64,000 nucleotides of DNA, from positions 151,962,001-152,026,000 of the forward strand of contig JBNRSN020000014.1 of NCBI GenBank assembly GCA_051313645.2, written 5' to 3'. Below the pieces are notes generated by a model. It was not told where the DNA came from, did no database searches, and saw only the letters and a list, made by a program, of their open reading frames with translations. Origin of the DNA: Centroscyllium fabricii (taxonomy: Eukaryota). Made by a program: the position numbers and the translations under genes. Below are positions 14,220-30,200 of the stretch, piece by piece. The stretch's first letter is position 1, and each line of letters starts with the position of its first letter.

Positions 14220-17200
14220 GATTGACTGAGAGAGAACTGACTGAGAGAAGATTGACTGAGGGAGGATTGACTGAGAGAGGATTGACTGAGGGAGGACTGA
14301 CTGAGAGAGGACTGACTGAGAGAAGATTGACTGAGAGAGGATTGACAGAGAGAGGATTGGCAGATAGAGGACTGACTGAGGGAGAACTGACTGAGAGAGG
14401 ATTGACTGAGGGAGAACTCACTGAGAGAGAACAGACTGAGAGAGAACTGACTGAGAGAGGATTGACTGAGGGAGGATTGACTGAGGGAGGATTGACTGAG
14501 AGAGGATTGACTGAGAGAGGACTGACTGAGAGAGGACTGACTGAGAGAGGATTGACTGAGAGAGGATTGACTGAGAGAGGATTGACTGAGGGAGGATTGA
14601 CTGAGAGAGGATTGACTGAGGGAGGATTGACTGACAGGGGATAGTCTCAGAGAGCATTGACTGAGGGAGGATTGAATGAGAGAGGATTGACTGAGGGAGG
14701 ATTGACTGAGGGAGAACTGACTGAGGGAGAACTGACTGAGGGAGAATTGACTGAGAGAGTATTGACTGAGAGAGTATTGACTGAGTGAGGACTGACTGAG
14801 AGAGTATTGACTGAGACAGAACTGACTGAGAGGAGATTGACTGAGGGAGGACTGACTGAGAGAGGATTGACTGAGAGAGAACTGACTGAGGGAGGATTGA
14901 CTGAGAGAGGATTGACAGAGAGAGAACTGACTGAGAGAGAACAGACTGAGAGAGAACTGACTGAGAGGAGATTGACTGAGGGAGGACTGACTGAGAGAGG
15001 ATTGACTGAGGGAGAACTGACTGAGAGAGAACAGACTGAGAGAGAACTGACTGAGAGAGGATTGACTGAGAGAGGATTGACTGAGAGAGGATTGACTGCG
15101 AGAGGACTGACTGAGAGAGGACTGACTGAGAGAGAACTGACTGAGGGAGGATTGACTGAGGGAGGATTGACTGAGGGAGGATTGACTGAGAGAGGATTGA
15201 CTGAGAGACGACTGACTGAGAGAGGACTGACTGAGAGAGGATAGACTGAGATAGGATTGACTGAGGGAGGATTGACTGATAGTGGATTGACTGAGAGAGG
15301 ATTGACTGAGGGAGGATTGACTGAGAGAGGATTGACTGAGAGAGAACTGACTGAGAGAGGATTGACTGAGGGAGGAATGACAGAAAGGATTGACTGAGAG
15401 AGGATTGACTGAGAGAGGATTGACTGAGAGAGGATTGACTGAGGGAGGATTGACTGAGAGAGAACTGACTGAGAGAGTATTTACTGAGGGAGGATTGACT
15501 GAGAGAGGATTGACTGAGGGAGGATTGACTGAGAGAGCATTGACTGAGAGAGGATTGACTGGGGGAGAACTGACTGAGAGAGTATTGACTGAGGGAGGAT
15601 TGACTGAGAGAGTATTGACTGAGAGAGAACTGACAGAGAGGATTGACTGAGAGAGGATTGACTGAGAGAGGTTTGACTGAGGTAGGATTGACTGAGAGAG
15701 AACTGACTGAGAGAGGATTGATTGAGGGAGGATTCACTGAGAGACGATTGACTGAGGGAGAATTGACTGAGAGAGGATTGACTAAGAGAGAACTGACTGA
15801 GAGAGGATTGACTGAGGGAGGATTGACTGAGAGAGGATTGACTGAGAGAGAACGAACTGTGAGAGGATTGACTGAGGGAGGATTGACTGAGAGAGGATTG
15901 ACTGAGAGAGGACTGACTGAGAGTGGATTGACTGAGAGAGAACTGACTGAGAGAGGATTGACTGAGAGAGGATTGACTGATAGAGGACTGACTGAGGGAG
16001 GACTGACTGAGAGAGGATTGACTGAGAAATAACTGACTGAGAGAAGATTGACTGAGGGAGAACTGACTGAGGGAGAACTGACTGAGAGAGGATTGACTGA
16101 GGGAGAACTGACTGAGAGAGAACTGACTGAGAGAGAACTGACTGAGAGAGGATTGACTGAGAGAGGATTGACTGAGAGAGGATTGACTGCGAGAGGACTG
16201 ACTGCGAGAGGACTGACTGAGAGAGGATTGACTGAGGGAGGATTGACTGAGAGAGGATTGACTGAGGGAGGATTGACTGAGAGAGGATTGACTGAGGGAG
16301 GACTGACTGAGAGAGGACTGACTGAGAGAAGATTGACTGAGAGAGGATTGACTGAGAGAGGATTGACTGATAGAGGACTGACTGAGGGAGAACTGACTGA
16401 GAGAGGATTGACTGAGGGAGAACTCACTGAGAGAGAACAGACTGAGAGAGAACTGACTGAGAGACGATTGACTGAGGGAGGATTGACTGAGGGAGGATTG
16501 ACTGAGAGAGGATTGACTGAGAGAGGACTGACTGAGAGAGGACTGACTGAGAGAGGATTGACTGAGAGAGGATTGACTGAGAGAGGATTGACTGAGGGAG
16601 GATTGACTGAGAGAGGATTGACTGAGGGAGGATTGACTGACAGGGGATAGTCTCAGAGAGCATTGACTGAGGGAGGATTGAATGAGAGAGGATTGACTGA
16701 GGGAGGATTGACTGAGGGAGAACTGACTGAGGGAGAACTGACTGAGGGAGAATTGACTGAGAGAGTATTGACTGAGAGAGTATTGACTGAGTGAGGACTG
16801 ACTGAGAGAGTATTGACTGAGACAGAACTGACTGAGAGGAGATTGACTGAGGGAGGACTGACTGAGAGAGGATTGACTGAGAGAGAACTGACTGAGGGAG
16901 GACTGACTGAGAGAGGATTGACAGAGAGAGAACTGACTGAGAGAGAACAGACTGAGAGAGAACTGACTGAGAGGAGATTGACTGAGGGAGGACTGACTGA
17001 GAGAGGATTGACTGAGGGAGAACAGACTGAGAGAGAACAGACTGAGAGAGAACTGACTGAGAGAGGATTGACTGAGAGAGGATTGACTGAGAGAGGATTG
17101 ACTGCGAGAGGACTGACTGAGAGAGGACTGACTGAGAGAGAACTGACTGAGGGAGGATTGACTGAGGGAGGATTGACTGAGGGAGGATTGACTGAGAGAG

Positions 17201-18240
17201 GATTGACTGAGAGACGACTGACTGAGAGAGGACTGACTGAGAGAGGATAGACTGAGATAGGATTGACTGAGGGAGGATTGACTGATAGTGGATTGACTGA
17301 GAGAGGATTGACTGAGGGAGGATTGACTGAGAGAGGATTGACTGAGAGAGAGCTGACTGAGAGAGGATTGACTGAGGGAGGAATGACAGAAAGGATTGAC
17401 TGAGAGAGGATTGACTGAGAGAGGATTGACTGAGAGAGGATTGACTGAGGGAGGATTGACTGAGAGAGAACTGACTGAGAGAGTATTTACTGAGGGAGGA
17501 TTGACTGAGAGAGGATTGACTGAGGGAGGATTGACTGAGAGAGCATTGACTGAGAGAGGATTGACTGGGGGAGAACTGACTGAGAGAGTATTGACTGAGG
17601 GAGGATTGACTGAGAGAGTATTGACTGAGAGAGAACTGACAGAGAGGATTGACTGAGAGAGGATTGACTGAGAGAGGATTGACTGAGGGAGGATTGACTG
17701 AGAGAGAACTGACTGAGAGAGGATTGATTGAGGGAGGATTCACTGAGAGACGATTGACTGAGGGAGAATTGACTGAGAGAGGATTGACTAAGAGAGAACT
17801 GACTGAGAGAGGATTGACTGAGGGAGGATTGACTGAGAGAGGATTGACTGAGAGAGAACGGACTGTGAGAGGATTGACTGAGGGAGGATTGACTGAGAGA
17901 GGATTGACTGAGAGAGGACTGACTGAGAGTGGATTGACTGAGAGAGAACTGACTGAGAGAGGATTGACTGAGAGAGGATTGACTGATAGAGGACTGACTG
18001 AGGGAGGACTGACTGAGAGAGGATTGACTGAGAAATAACTGACTGAGAGAAGATTGACTGAGGGAGAACTGACTGAGGGAGAACTGACTGAGAGAGGATT
18101 GACTGAGGGAGAACTGACTGAGAGAGAACTGACTGAGAGTGAACTGACTGAGAGAGGATTGACTGAGAGAGGATTGACTGAGAGAGGATTGACTGCGAGA
18201 GGACTGACTGCGAGAGGACTGACTGAGAGAGGATTGACTG
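14220..18240 (+). repeat. Higher-order tandem duplication, period 2006 bp (boundaries approximate)
   Basis: Near-identical translations at 14807/16813, 15390/17396, 15643/17649 and 16048/18054. Confidence 0.85.
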
Positions 18241-21200
18241 AGGGAGGATTGACTGAGGGAGGATTGACTGAGGGAGGATTGACTGAGAGACGACTGACTG
18301 AGAGAGGACTGACTGAGAGAGGATTGACTGAGATAGGATTGACTGAGGGAGGATTGACTGAGAGAGTATTGACTGAGGGAGGATTGAATGAGAGAGGATT
18401 GACTGAGGGAGGATTGCCTGAGAGAGAACTGACTCAGAGAAGATTGACCGAGGGAGGATTGACTGAGAGAGGATAGACTGAGACAGAACTGACTGAGAGA
18501 GGATTGACTGAGGGAGGAATGACTGAGAGAGGATTGACTGAGAGAGAACTGACTGAGAGAGGATTGACTGAGAGAGGATTGACTGAGAGAGGATTGACTG
18601 AGGGAGGATTGACTGAGGGAGGATTGACTGAGAGAGAACTGACTGAGAGAGGATTGACTGAGGGAGGATTGACTCAGAGAGGATTGACTCAGAGAGGATT
18701 GATTGAGGGAGGATTGACTGAGAGAGGATTGACTCAGAGAATTGACTGTGAGAGGACTGACTGAGAGAGGACTGATTGAGAGAGGACTGACTGACAGAGA
18801 ACTGACTGAGGGAGGAATGACTGAGAGAGGATTTACTAAGAGAGAACTGACGGAGAGAGGACTGAGAAAGGACTGACTGAGAGAGGATTGACTGAGCGAG
18901 GATTGACTGAGAGAGGATTGACTGAGAGAGGATTGACTGAGGGAGGATTGACTGAGAGAGGATTGACTGAGGGAGGATTGACTGAGAGAGGATTGACTGA
19001 GAGATAACTGACTGAGAGAAGATTGACTGAGGGAGGATTGACTGAGAGAGGATTGACTGAGGGAGGACTGACTGAGAGAGGACTGACTGAGAGAAGATTG
19101 ACTGAGAGCGGATTGACTGAGAGAGGATTGACTGATAGAGGACTGACTGAGGGAGAACTGACTGAGAGAGGATTGACTGAGGACTGACTGAGAGAGGATT
19201 GACTGAGAGAGGATTGACTGAGGGAGGACTGACTGAGAGAGGACTGACTGAGAGAGGATTGACTGAGAGAGGATTGACTGAGGGAGGATTGACTGAGAGA
19301 GGATTGACTGAGGGAGGATTGACTGACAGGGGATAGTCTCAGAGAGCATTGACTGAGGGAGGATTGAATGAGAGAGGATTGACTGAGGGAGGATTGACTG
19401 AGGGAGAACTGACTGAGGGAGAACTGACTGAGGGAGAACTGACTGAGAGAGTATTGACTGAGAGAGTATTGACTGAGTGAGGACTGACTGAGAGAGGACT
19501 GACTGAGAGAGGATTGACTGAGGGAGGATTGACTGAGAGAGAATTGACTGAGAGAGTATTGACTGAGACAGAACTGACTGAGAGGAGATTGACTGAGAGA
19601 GGATTGACTGAGAGAGAACTGACTGAGGGAGGACTGACTGAGAGAGGATTGACTGAGAGAGGATTGACTGGGGGAGGATTGACTGAGAGAGGATTGACTG
19701 ACAGAGAACTGACTGAGAGAGAACTGACTGAGAGAGTATTGACGGAGGGAGGATTGACTGAGAGAGTATTGACTGAGAGAGAACTGACTGAGAGAGGATT
19801 GACTGAGAGAGGATTGACTGAGAGAGGATTGACTGAGGGAGGATTGACTGAGAGAGAACTGACTGAGAGAGGACTGACTGAGAGAGGATTGACTGGGGGA
19901 GGATTGACTGAGAGAGGATTGACTGACAGAGAACTGACTGAGGGAGGTTTGACTGAGAGAGGATTGACTGAGGGAGGATTGACTGAGGGAGGATTGACTG
20001 AGAGAGAACTGACTGAGAGAGGATTGACTGAGAGAAGATTGACTGAGGGAGGATTGACTGAGGGAGGATTGACTGAGGGAGGATTGACTGAGAGAGAACT
20101 GACTGAGAGAGAACTGACTGAGAGAGTATTGACGGAGGGAGGATTGACTGAGAGAGTATTGACTGAGAGAGAATTGACTGAGAGAGGATTGACTGAGAGA
20201 GGATTGACTGAGAGAGGATTGACTGAGAGAGGATTGACTGCGAGAGGACTGACTGAGAGAGGACTGACTGAGAGAGAACTGACTGAGGGAGGATTGACTG
20301 AGGGAGGATTGACTGAGGGAGGATTGACTGAGAGAGGATTGACTGAGAGACGACTGACTGAGAGAGGACTGACTGAGAGAGGATTGACTGAGATAGGATT
20401 GACTGAGGGAGGATTCAATGAGAGAGGATTGACTGCTGGAGGATTGACTGAGAGAGAACTGACTCAGAGAGGATTGACCGAGGGATGATTGACTGAGAGA
20501 GGATTGACTGGGAGAGAACTGACTGAGAGAGGATTGACTGAGGGAGGAATGACTGAGAGAGGATTGACTGAGAGAGAACTGACTGAGAGAGGATTGACTG
20601 AGAGAGGATTGACTGAGAGTGGATTGACTGAGGGAGGATTGACTGAGAGAGAACTGACTGAGAGAGTATTTACTGAGGGAGGATTGACTGAGAGAGGATT
20701 GACTGAGGGAGGATTGACTGAGAGAGGATTGACTGAGAGAGAACTGACTGAGAGTGGATTGACTGAGGGAGAACTGACTGAGAGAGAACTGACTGAGAGA
20801 GGATTGACTGAGAGAGGATTGACTGAGGGATGATAGAATGAGAGAGGATTGACTGAGGGAGGATTGACGGAGAGAGAACTGACTGAGAGAGGATTGACTG
20901 AGGGAGGATTGACTGAGAGAAGATTGACTCAGAGAGGATTGATTGAGGGAGGATTGAATGATAGAGGATTGAATGAGAGAGGATTGACTGAGAGAGGATT
21001 GACTCAGAGAATTGACTGTGAGAGGACTGACTGACAGAGGACTGACTGAGAGAGGACTGATTGAGAGAGGACTGACTGACAGAGAACTGACTGAGGGAGG
21101 ATTGACTGAGAGAGGATTGACTGAGAGAAGATTGACTGAGGGAGGATTGACTGAGGGAGGATTTACTGAGGGAGGATTGACTGAGAGAGGATTGACTGAG

Positions 21201-24200
21201 AGAGGATTGACTGAGGGAGAACTCACTGAGAGAGAACAGACTGAGAGAGAACTGACTGAGAGAGGATTGACTGAGAGAGGATTGACTGAGAGGATTGACT
21301 GCGAGAGGACTGACTGATAGAGAACTGACTGAGGGAGGATTGACTGAGGGAGGATTGACTGAGGGAGGATTGACTGAGGGAGGATTGACTGAGGGAGGAT
21401 TGACTGAGGGAGGATTGACTGAGAGAGAACTGACTGAGAGAAGATTGACTGAGGGAGGATTGACTGAGGGAGGACTGACTGAGAGAGGACTGACTGAGAG
21501 AGGACTGACTGAGAGAGGATTGACTGAGGGACGATTGACTGAGTGAGAACTGATTGAGAGAGACTTGACTGAGGGAGGATTGATTGAGAGAGGATTGACT
21601 GAGAGAGGACTGACTGAGAGAGGATTGACTGAGAGAGAACTGACTGAGAGAGGATTGACTGAGAGAGGATTGACTGAGAGAGGATTGACTGATAGAGGAC
21701 TGACTGAGGGAGGACTGACTGAGAGAAGATTGACTGAGAAATAACTGACTGAGAGGATTGACTGAGGGAGAACTCACTGAGAGAGAACAGACTGAGAGAG
21801 AACTGAGTGAGAGAGGATTGACTGAGTGGATTGACTGCGAGAGGACTGACTGATAGAGAACTGACTGAGGGAGGATTGACTGAGGGAGGATTGACTGAGG
21901 GAGGATTGACTGGGAGAGGATTGACTGAGGGAGGATTGACTGAGGGAGGACTGACTCAGAGAATTGACTGTGAGAGGACTGACTGACAGAGGACTGACTG
22001 AGAGAGGACTGATTGAGAGAGGACTGACTGACAGAGAACTGACTGAGGGAGGAATGACTGAGAGAGGATTGACTAAGAGAGAACTGATGGAGAGAGGACT
22101 GAGAGAGGATTGACTGAGTGAGGATTGACTGATGAGGATTGACTGAGAGAGGATTGACTGAGAGAGGATTGACTGAGGGAGGATTGACTGAGAGAGGATT
22201 GACTGAGGGAGGATTGACTGAGAGAGGATTGACAGAGAGAGATCTGACTGAGAGAAGATTGACTGAGGGAGGATTGACTGAGAGAGGATTGACTGAGGGA
22301 GGACTGACTGAGAGAGGACTGACTGAGAGAGGATTGACTGAGAGAGGATTGACTGAGGGAGGATTGACTGAGAGAGAACTAATTGAGAGAGACTTGACTG
22401 AGGGAGGATTGATTGAGAGAGGATTGACTGAGAGAGGACTGACTGAGAGAGGACTGACTGAGAAATAACTGACTGAGAGGATTGACTGAGGGAGAACTGA
22501 TTGAGGGAGAACTGACTGAGAGAGGATTGACTGAGGGAGAACTCACTGAGAGAGAACAGACTGAGAGAGAACTGACTGAGAGAGGATTGACTGAGAGAGG
22601 ATTGACTGAGAGGATTGACTGCGAGAGGACTGACTGATAGAGAACTGACTGAGGGAGGATTGACTGAGGGAGGATTGACTGAGGGAGGATTGACTGAGGG
22701 AGGATTGACTGAGAGAGGATTGACTGAGAGAGGACTGACTGAGAGAGGATTGACTGAGAGAGGATTGACTGAGGGAGGATTGACTGAGGGAGAACTGACT
22801 GAGGGAGAACTGACTGAGAGAGTATTGACTGAGTGAGCACTGACTGAGAGAGGATTGACTGAGAGAGGATTGACTCAGAGAATTGACTGTGAGAGGACTG
22901 ACTGACAGAGGACTGACTGAGAGAGGACTGATTGAGAGAGGACTGACTGACAGAGAACTGACTGAGGGAGGAATGACTGAGAGAGGATTGACTAAGAGAG
23001 AACTGACGGAGAGAGGACTGAGAGAGGACTGACTGAGAGAGGATTGACTGAGCGAGGATTGACTGAGAGAGGATTGACTGAGAGAGGATTGACTGAGAGT
23101 GGATTGACTGAGGGAGGATTTACTGAGAGAGGATTGACTGAGCGAGGATTGACTGAGAGAGGATTGACTGAGAGAGAACTGACAGAGAGAAGATTGACTG
23201 AGGGAGGATTGACTGAGAGAGGATCGACTGAGGGAGGACTGACTGAGAGAGGACTGACTGAGAGAGGATTGACTGAGGGAGGATTGACTGAGAGAGAACT
23301 GATTGAGAGAGACTTGACTGAGGGAGGATTGATTGAGAGAGGATTGACTGAGAGAGGACTGACTGAGAGAGGATTGACTGAGAGAGAACTGACTGAGAGA
23401 GGATTGACTGAGAGAGGATTGACTGATAGAGGACTGACAGAGGGAGGACTGACTGAGAGAAGATTGACTGAGAAATAACTGACTGAGAGGATTGACTGAG
23501 GGAGAACTGACTGAGGGAGAACTGACTGAGAGAGGATTGACTGAGGGAGAACTCACTGAGAGAGAACAGACTGAGAGAGAACTGACTGAGAGAGGATTGA
23601 CTGAGAGGATTGACTGCGAGAGGACTGACTGATAGAGAACTGACTGAGGGAGGATTGACTGAGGGAGGATTGACTGAGGGAGGATTGACTGAGAGAGGAT
23701 TGACTGAGAGAGGACTGACTGAGAGAGGACTGACTGAGAGAGGATTGACTGAGAGAGGACTGACTGAGAGAGGATTGACTGAGGGAGGATTGACTGAGAG
23801 AGGATTGACTGAGGGAGGATTGAATGAGAGAGGATTGACTGAGGGAGGATTGACTGAGAGAGAACTGACTGAGAGAGGATTGACTGAGGGAGGAATGACT
23901 GAGAGAGGATTGACTGAGAGAGAACTGACTGAGAGAGGATTTACTGAGGGAGGATTGACTGAGAGAGGATTGACTGAGGGAGGATTGACTGGGAGAGGAT
24001 TGACTGAGAGAGGATTGACTGAGGGAGGACTGACTGAGAGAGGACTGACTGAGAGAGGATTGACTGAGGGAGGATTGACTGAGAGAGAACTGACTGAGAG
24101 AGGATTGACTGAGGGAGGATTGACTGAGAGAGGACTGACTGAGAGAGGATTGACTGAGAGAGGACTGACTGATAGAGGACTGACTGAGGGAGGACTGACT

Positions 24201-27200
24201 GAGAGAGGATTGACTGAGAAATAACTGACTGAGAGGATTGACTGAGGGAGAACTGACTGAGGGAGAACTGACAGAGAGGATTGACTGACGGAGAACTCAC
24301 TGAGAGAGAACAGACTGAGAGAGAACTGACTGAGAGAGGATTGACTGAGAGGATTGACTGCGAGAGGACTGACTGATAGAGAACTGACTGAGGGAGGATT
24401 GACTGAGGGAGGATTGACTGAGGGAGGATTGACTGAGAGAGGATTGACTGAGAGAGGACTGACTGAGAGAGGACTGACTGAGAGAGGACTGACTGAGAGA
24501 GGATTGACTGCGAGAGGATTGACTGCGAGAGGACTGACTGATAGAGAACTGACTGAGGGCGGATTGACTGAGGGAGGATTGACTGAGGGAGGATTGACTG
24601 GGAGAGGATTGACTGAGAGAGGATTGACTGAGGCAGGACTGACTCAGAGAATTGCCTGTGAGAGGACTGACTGACAGAGGACTGACTGAGAGAGGACTGA
24701 CTGAGAGAGGACTGACTGAGAGAGGATTGACTGAGGGAGGGTTGACTGAGGGAGGATTGACTGAGAGAGGATTGACTGAGAGAGGATTGACTGAGAGAGG
24801 ATTGACTGAGAGAGGATTGACTGAGAGAGGATTGACTGAGGGAGGATTGACTGAGAGAGAACTGACTGAGAGAGGACTGACTGAGAGAGGATTGACTGAG
24901 AGAGAACTGACTGAGGGAGGACTGACTGAGAGAGGATTGACAGAGAGAGAACTGACTGAGAGAGGATTGATTGAGGGAGGATTCACTGAGAGACGATTGA
25001 CTGAGGGAGGATTGACTGAGAGAGGATTGACTGAGGGAGGATTGACTGAGAGAGGATTGACTGAGAGAGGATTGACTGAGAGAGGACTGACTGAGAGAGG
25101 ATTGACTGAGAGAGGATTGACTGAGAGAGAACTGACTGAGAGAGGATTGACTGAGGGAGAACTGACTGAGAGAGAACTGACTGAGAGAGGATTGACTGAG
25201 AGAGGATTGACTGAGGGATGATTGAATGAGAGAGGATTGACTGAGGGAGGATTGACTGAGAGAGAACTGACTGAGAGATGACTGACTGAGGGAGGTTTGA
25301 CTGAGAGAGAACTGACTGAGAGAGGATTGACTGAGGGAGGATTGACTGAGAGAGGATTGACTGAGAGAGGATTGACTGAGAGAGGATTGACTGAGTGAGG
25401 ATTGACTGAGTGAGGATTGACTGAGGGAGGATTGAATGAGAGAGGATTGACTGAGAGATGATTGACTGAGTGAAGATTGACTCAGAGAATTGACTGTGAG
25501 AGGACTGACTGAGAGAGGACTGATTGAGAGAGGACTGACTGACAGAGAACTGACTGAGGGAGGAATGACAGAGAGGATTGACTAAGAGAGAACTGATGGA
25601 GAGAGGACTGAGAGAGGACTGACTGAGAGAGGATTGACTGAGCGAGGATTGACTGAGAGAGGATTGACTGAGAGAGGATTGACTGAGTGAGGATTGACTG
25701 AGTGAGGATTGACTGAGTGAGGATTGACTGAGGGAGGATTGACTGAGAGATGATTGACTGAGAGAGAACTGACTGAGAGAAGATTGACTGAGGGAGGATT
25801 GACTGAGAGAGGATTGACTGAGGGAGGACTGACTGAGAGAGGACTGACTGAGAGAGGATTGACTGAGGGAGGATTGATTGAGAGAGGATTGACTGAGAGA
25901 GGACTGACTGAGAGGGGATTGACTGAGAGAGAACTGACTGAGGGAGGACTGACTGAGAGAGGATTGACTGAGAAATAACTGACTGAGAGGATTGACTGAG
26001 GGAGAACTGACTGAGGGAGAACTGACTGAGAGCGGGTTGACTGAGGGAGAACTCACTGAGAGAGAACAGACTGAGAGAGAACTGACTGAGAGAGGATTGA
26101 CTGAGAGGATTGACTGCGAGAGGAGTGTCTGATAGAGAACTGACTGAGGGAGGATTGACTGAGGGAGGATTGACTGAGGGAGGATTGACTGAGGGAGGAT
26201 TGACTGAGAGAGGATTGACTGAGAGAGGATTGACTGAGAGAGGACTGACTGAGAGAGGACTGACTGAGAGAGGACTGACTGAGAGAAGATTGACTGAGAG
26301 AAGATTGACTGAGGGAGGATTGACTGAGAGTGGATTGACTGAGGGAGGATTGAATATGAGAGGATTGACTGAGGGAGGATTGACTGAGAGAGAACTGACT
26401 CAGAGAGAATTGACTGAGGGAGGATTGACTGAGATAGGATTGACTGAGAGAGAACTGACTGAGAGAGGATTGACTGAGGGAGGAATGACTGAGAGAGGAT
26501 TGACTGAGAGAGAACTGACTGAGAGTGTATTTACTGAGGGAGGATTGACTGAGAGAGGATTGACTGAGGGAGGATTGACTGAGAGAGGATTGACTGAGAG
26601 AGAACTGACTGAGAGTGGATTGACTGAGGGAGAACTGACTGAGAGAGAACTGACTGAGAGAGGATTGACTGAGAGAGGATTGACTGAGGGAGGATTGACT
26701 GAGAGAGAACTGACTGACAGAGGATTGACTGAGGGAGGATTGACTGAGAGAGGACTGACTGAGAGAGGATTGACTGAGAGAGAACTGACTGAGGGTGGAC
26801 TGACTGAGAGAGGATTGACTAAGAGAGAACTGACTGAGAGAGGATTGACTGAGGGAGGATTGACTGAGAGAGGATTGACTGATAGAGGATTGACTGAGGG
26901 AGGATTGACTGAGAGAGGATTGACTGATAGAGGACTGACTGAGGGAGGACTGACTGAGTCAGGATTGAATAAGAGAGAACTGACTGAGAGAGGATTGACT
27001 GAGGGAGGATTGACTGAGAGAGCATTGACTGAGGGAGGATTGACTGAGAGAGGATTGACTGAGGGAGAACTGACTGAGAGAGGATTGACTGAGGGAGAAT
27101 TGACTGTGAGAGAACAGACTGAGAGAGAACTGACTGAGAGAGGATTGACTGAGAGAGGATTGACTCAGAGAGGATTGACTGAGGGAGGATTGAATGAGAG

Positions 27201-30200
27201 AGGATTGACTGAGGGAGGATTGACTGAGGGAGAACTGACTGAGAGATGATTGACTAAGAGAGGACTGACTGAGAGAGGACTGACTGAGAGAGGATTGACT
27301 GAGAGAGGATTGACTGAGAGAGGATTGACTGAGAGAGGATTGACTGAGATAGGATTGACTGAGAGAGGATTGACTGAGAGAGGATTGACTGAGAGAGGAT
27401 TGACTGAGGGAGGATTGAATGAGAGAGGATTGACTGATGGAGGATTGACTGAGAGAGGATTGACTGAGTGAGGACTGACTGAGAGAGGATTGACTGTGGG
27501 AGGATTGACTGAGAGAGGATTGACTGAGAGAGAACTGACTGAGAGAGGATTGACTGAGAGAGGATTGACTGATAGAGGACTGACTGATAGAGGACTGACT
27601 GAGAGAGGATTGAATGAGAAATAACTGACTGAGAGGATTGACTGAGGGAGAACTGACTGAGGGAGAACTGACTGAGAGAGTATTGACTGAGAGAGGATTG
27701 ACTGAGGGAGAACTCACTGAGAGAGAACAGACAGAGAGAGAACTGACTGAGAGAGGATTGACTGAGAGATGATTGACTGCGAGAGGACTGACTGAGAGAG
27801 AACTGACTGGGGGAGGATTGACTGATGGAGGATTGACTGAGGGAGGATTGACTGAGGGAGGATTGACTGAGAGAGGACTGACTGAGAGAGGACTGACTGA
27901 GAGAGGACTGACTGAGAGAGGTTTGACTGTGAGAGGATTGACTGAGGTAGGATTGATGGAGAGAGAACTGACTGAGAGAGGATTTACTGAGGGAGGATTG
28001 ACTGAGAGAGGATTGACTGAGGGAGGATTGACTGAGAGAGGATTGACTGAGGGTGAACTGACTGGGAGAGGATTGACTGAGGGAGAATTGACTGAGAGAG
28101 AACAGACTGAGAGAGAACTGACTGAGAGAGGATTGACTGAGTGAGAACTGACTGAGAGAGGATTGACTGAGGGAGGATTGACTGAGAGAGGATTGACTCA
28201 GAGAGGATTGACTGAGGGAGGATTGAATGAGAGAGGATTGACTGAGGGAGGATTGACTGAGGGAGAACTGACTGAGAGAGGATTGACTCAGAGAGGACTG
28301 ACTGAGAGAGGACTGACTGAGAGATGATTGACTGAGGGAGGATTGACTGAGAGAATATTGACTGAGAGAGGATTTACTAGGAGTGAACTGACTGAGAGAG
28401 GACTGACTGAGAGAGGATTGACTGAGAGAGAACTGACTGAGGGAGGACTGACTGAGAGAGGATTGACTGAGAGAGAACTGACTGAGAGGAGATTGACTGA
28501 AGCAGGACTGACTGAGAAGAACTGACTGAGAGAGGACTGACTGAGAGAGGATTGTCTGAGGGAGGATTGACTGAGAGAGGATTGACAGAGGGAGGATTGA
28601 CTGAGAGAGGATTGACTGAGGGAGGATTGATTGAGAGAGGATTGACTGAGGGAGGATTGAATGAGAGAGAACTGACTGAGAGAGGATTGACTGAGAGAGG
28701 ATTGACTGAGAGAGGATTGACTGAGAGAGGATTGACTGAGGGAGGATTGACTGAGAGAAGATTGACACAGAGAGAACTGACTGAGAGAGGATTGACTGAG
28801 AGAGAACTGACTGAGAGAGGATTGACTGAGGGAGGACTGACTGAGAGAGAACTGACTGAGAGAGTACTGACTGAGAGATGATTGACTGAGGGAGGATTCA
28901 CTGAGAGAGGATTCACTGAGAGAGAACTGACTGAGAGAGGATTGACTGAGGGAGGATTGACTGAGAGAGAACTGACTGAGAGAGGATTGACTGAGAGAGG
29001 ATTGACTGAGAGAGGATTGACTGAGGGAGGATTGTCTGAGAGAGAACTGACTGAGAGATGATTGATTGAGGGAGCATTGACTGAGAGACGATTGACTGAG
29101 GGAGGATTGACTGAGAGAGGATTGACTGAGAGAGAACTGACTGAGAGAGGATTGACTGAGGGAGGATTGACTGAGAGAGGATTGACTGAGAGAGAACTGA
29201 CTGAGAGAGGATTGACTGAGGGAGGATTGACTGAGAGAGGATTGACTGAGAGAGGACTGACTGAGAGAGGATTGACTGTGGGAAGATTGACTGAGAGAGG
29301 TTTGACTGAGAGAGGACTGACTGAGAGAGGATTGACTGAGAGAGGATTGACTGAGAGAGGATTGACTCAGAGAATTGACTGTGAGAGGACTGACTGACAG
29401 AGGACTGACTGAGAGAGGACTGATTGAGAGAGGACTGACTGACAGAGAACTGACTGAGGGAGGAATGACTGAGAGAGGATTGACTAAGAGAGAACTGACG
29501 GAGAGAGGACTGAGAGAGGACTGACTGAGAGGAGATTGACTGAGCGAGGATTGACTGAGAGAGGATTGACTGAGAGAGGATTGACTGAGGGAGGATTGAC
29601 TTAGAGAGGATTGACTGAGAGAGGATTGACTGAGAGAGGATTGACTGAGACAGGATTGACTGAGAGAGAACAGACTGAGAGAAGATTGACTGAGGGAGGA
29701 TTGACTGAGAGAGGATTGACTGAGGGAGGACTGACTGAGAGAGGACTGACTGAGAGAGGATTGACTGAGGGAGCATTGACTGAGAGAGAACTGATTGAGA
29801 GAGACTTGACTGAGGGAGGATTGATTGAGAGAGGATTGACTGAGAGAGGACTGACTGAGAGAGGATTGACTGAGAGAGAACTGACTGAGAGAGGATTGAC
29901 TGAGAGAGGATTGACTGAGAGAGGATTGACTGATAGAGGACTGACAGAGGGAGGACTGACTGAGAGAAGATTGACTGAGAAATAACTGACTGAGAGGATT
30001 GACTGAGGGAGAACTGACTGAGGGAGAACTGACTGAGAGAGGATTGACTGAGGGAGGATTGACTGAGAGAGGACTGACTGAGAGAGGACTGACTGAGAGA
30101 GGATTGACTGAGGGAGGATTGACTGAGAGAGTATTGACTGAGGGAGGATTGAATGAGAGAGGATTGACTGAGGGAGGATTGACTGAGAGAGAACAGACTC

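Noticed and set aside
21320-21420. G-quadruplex or triplex structure in runs of GAGGGAGGA monomers
   Set aside because: There is only one G3 run per 15 bp and the purine tracts are ~9 nt broken by TTGACT, which is too weak to claim from sequence alone.
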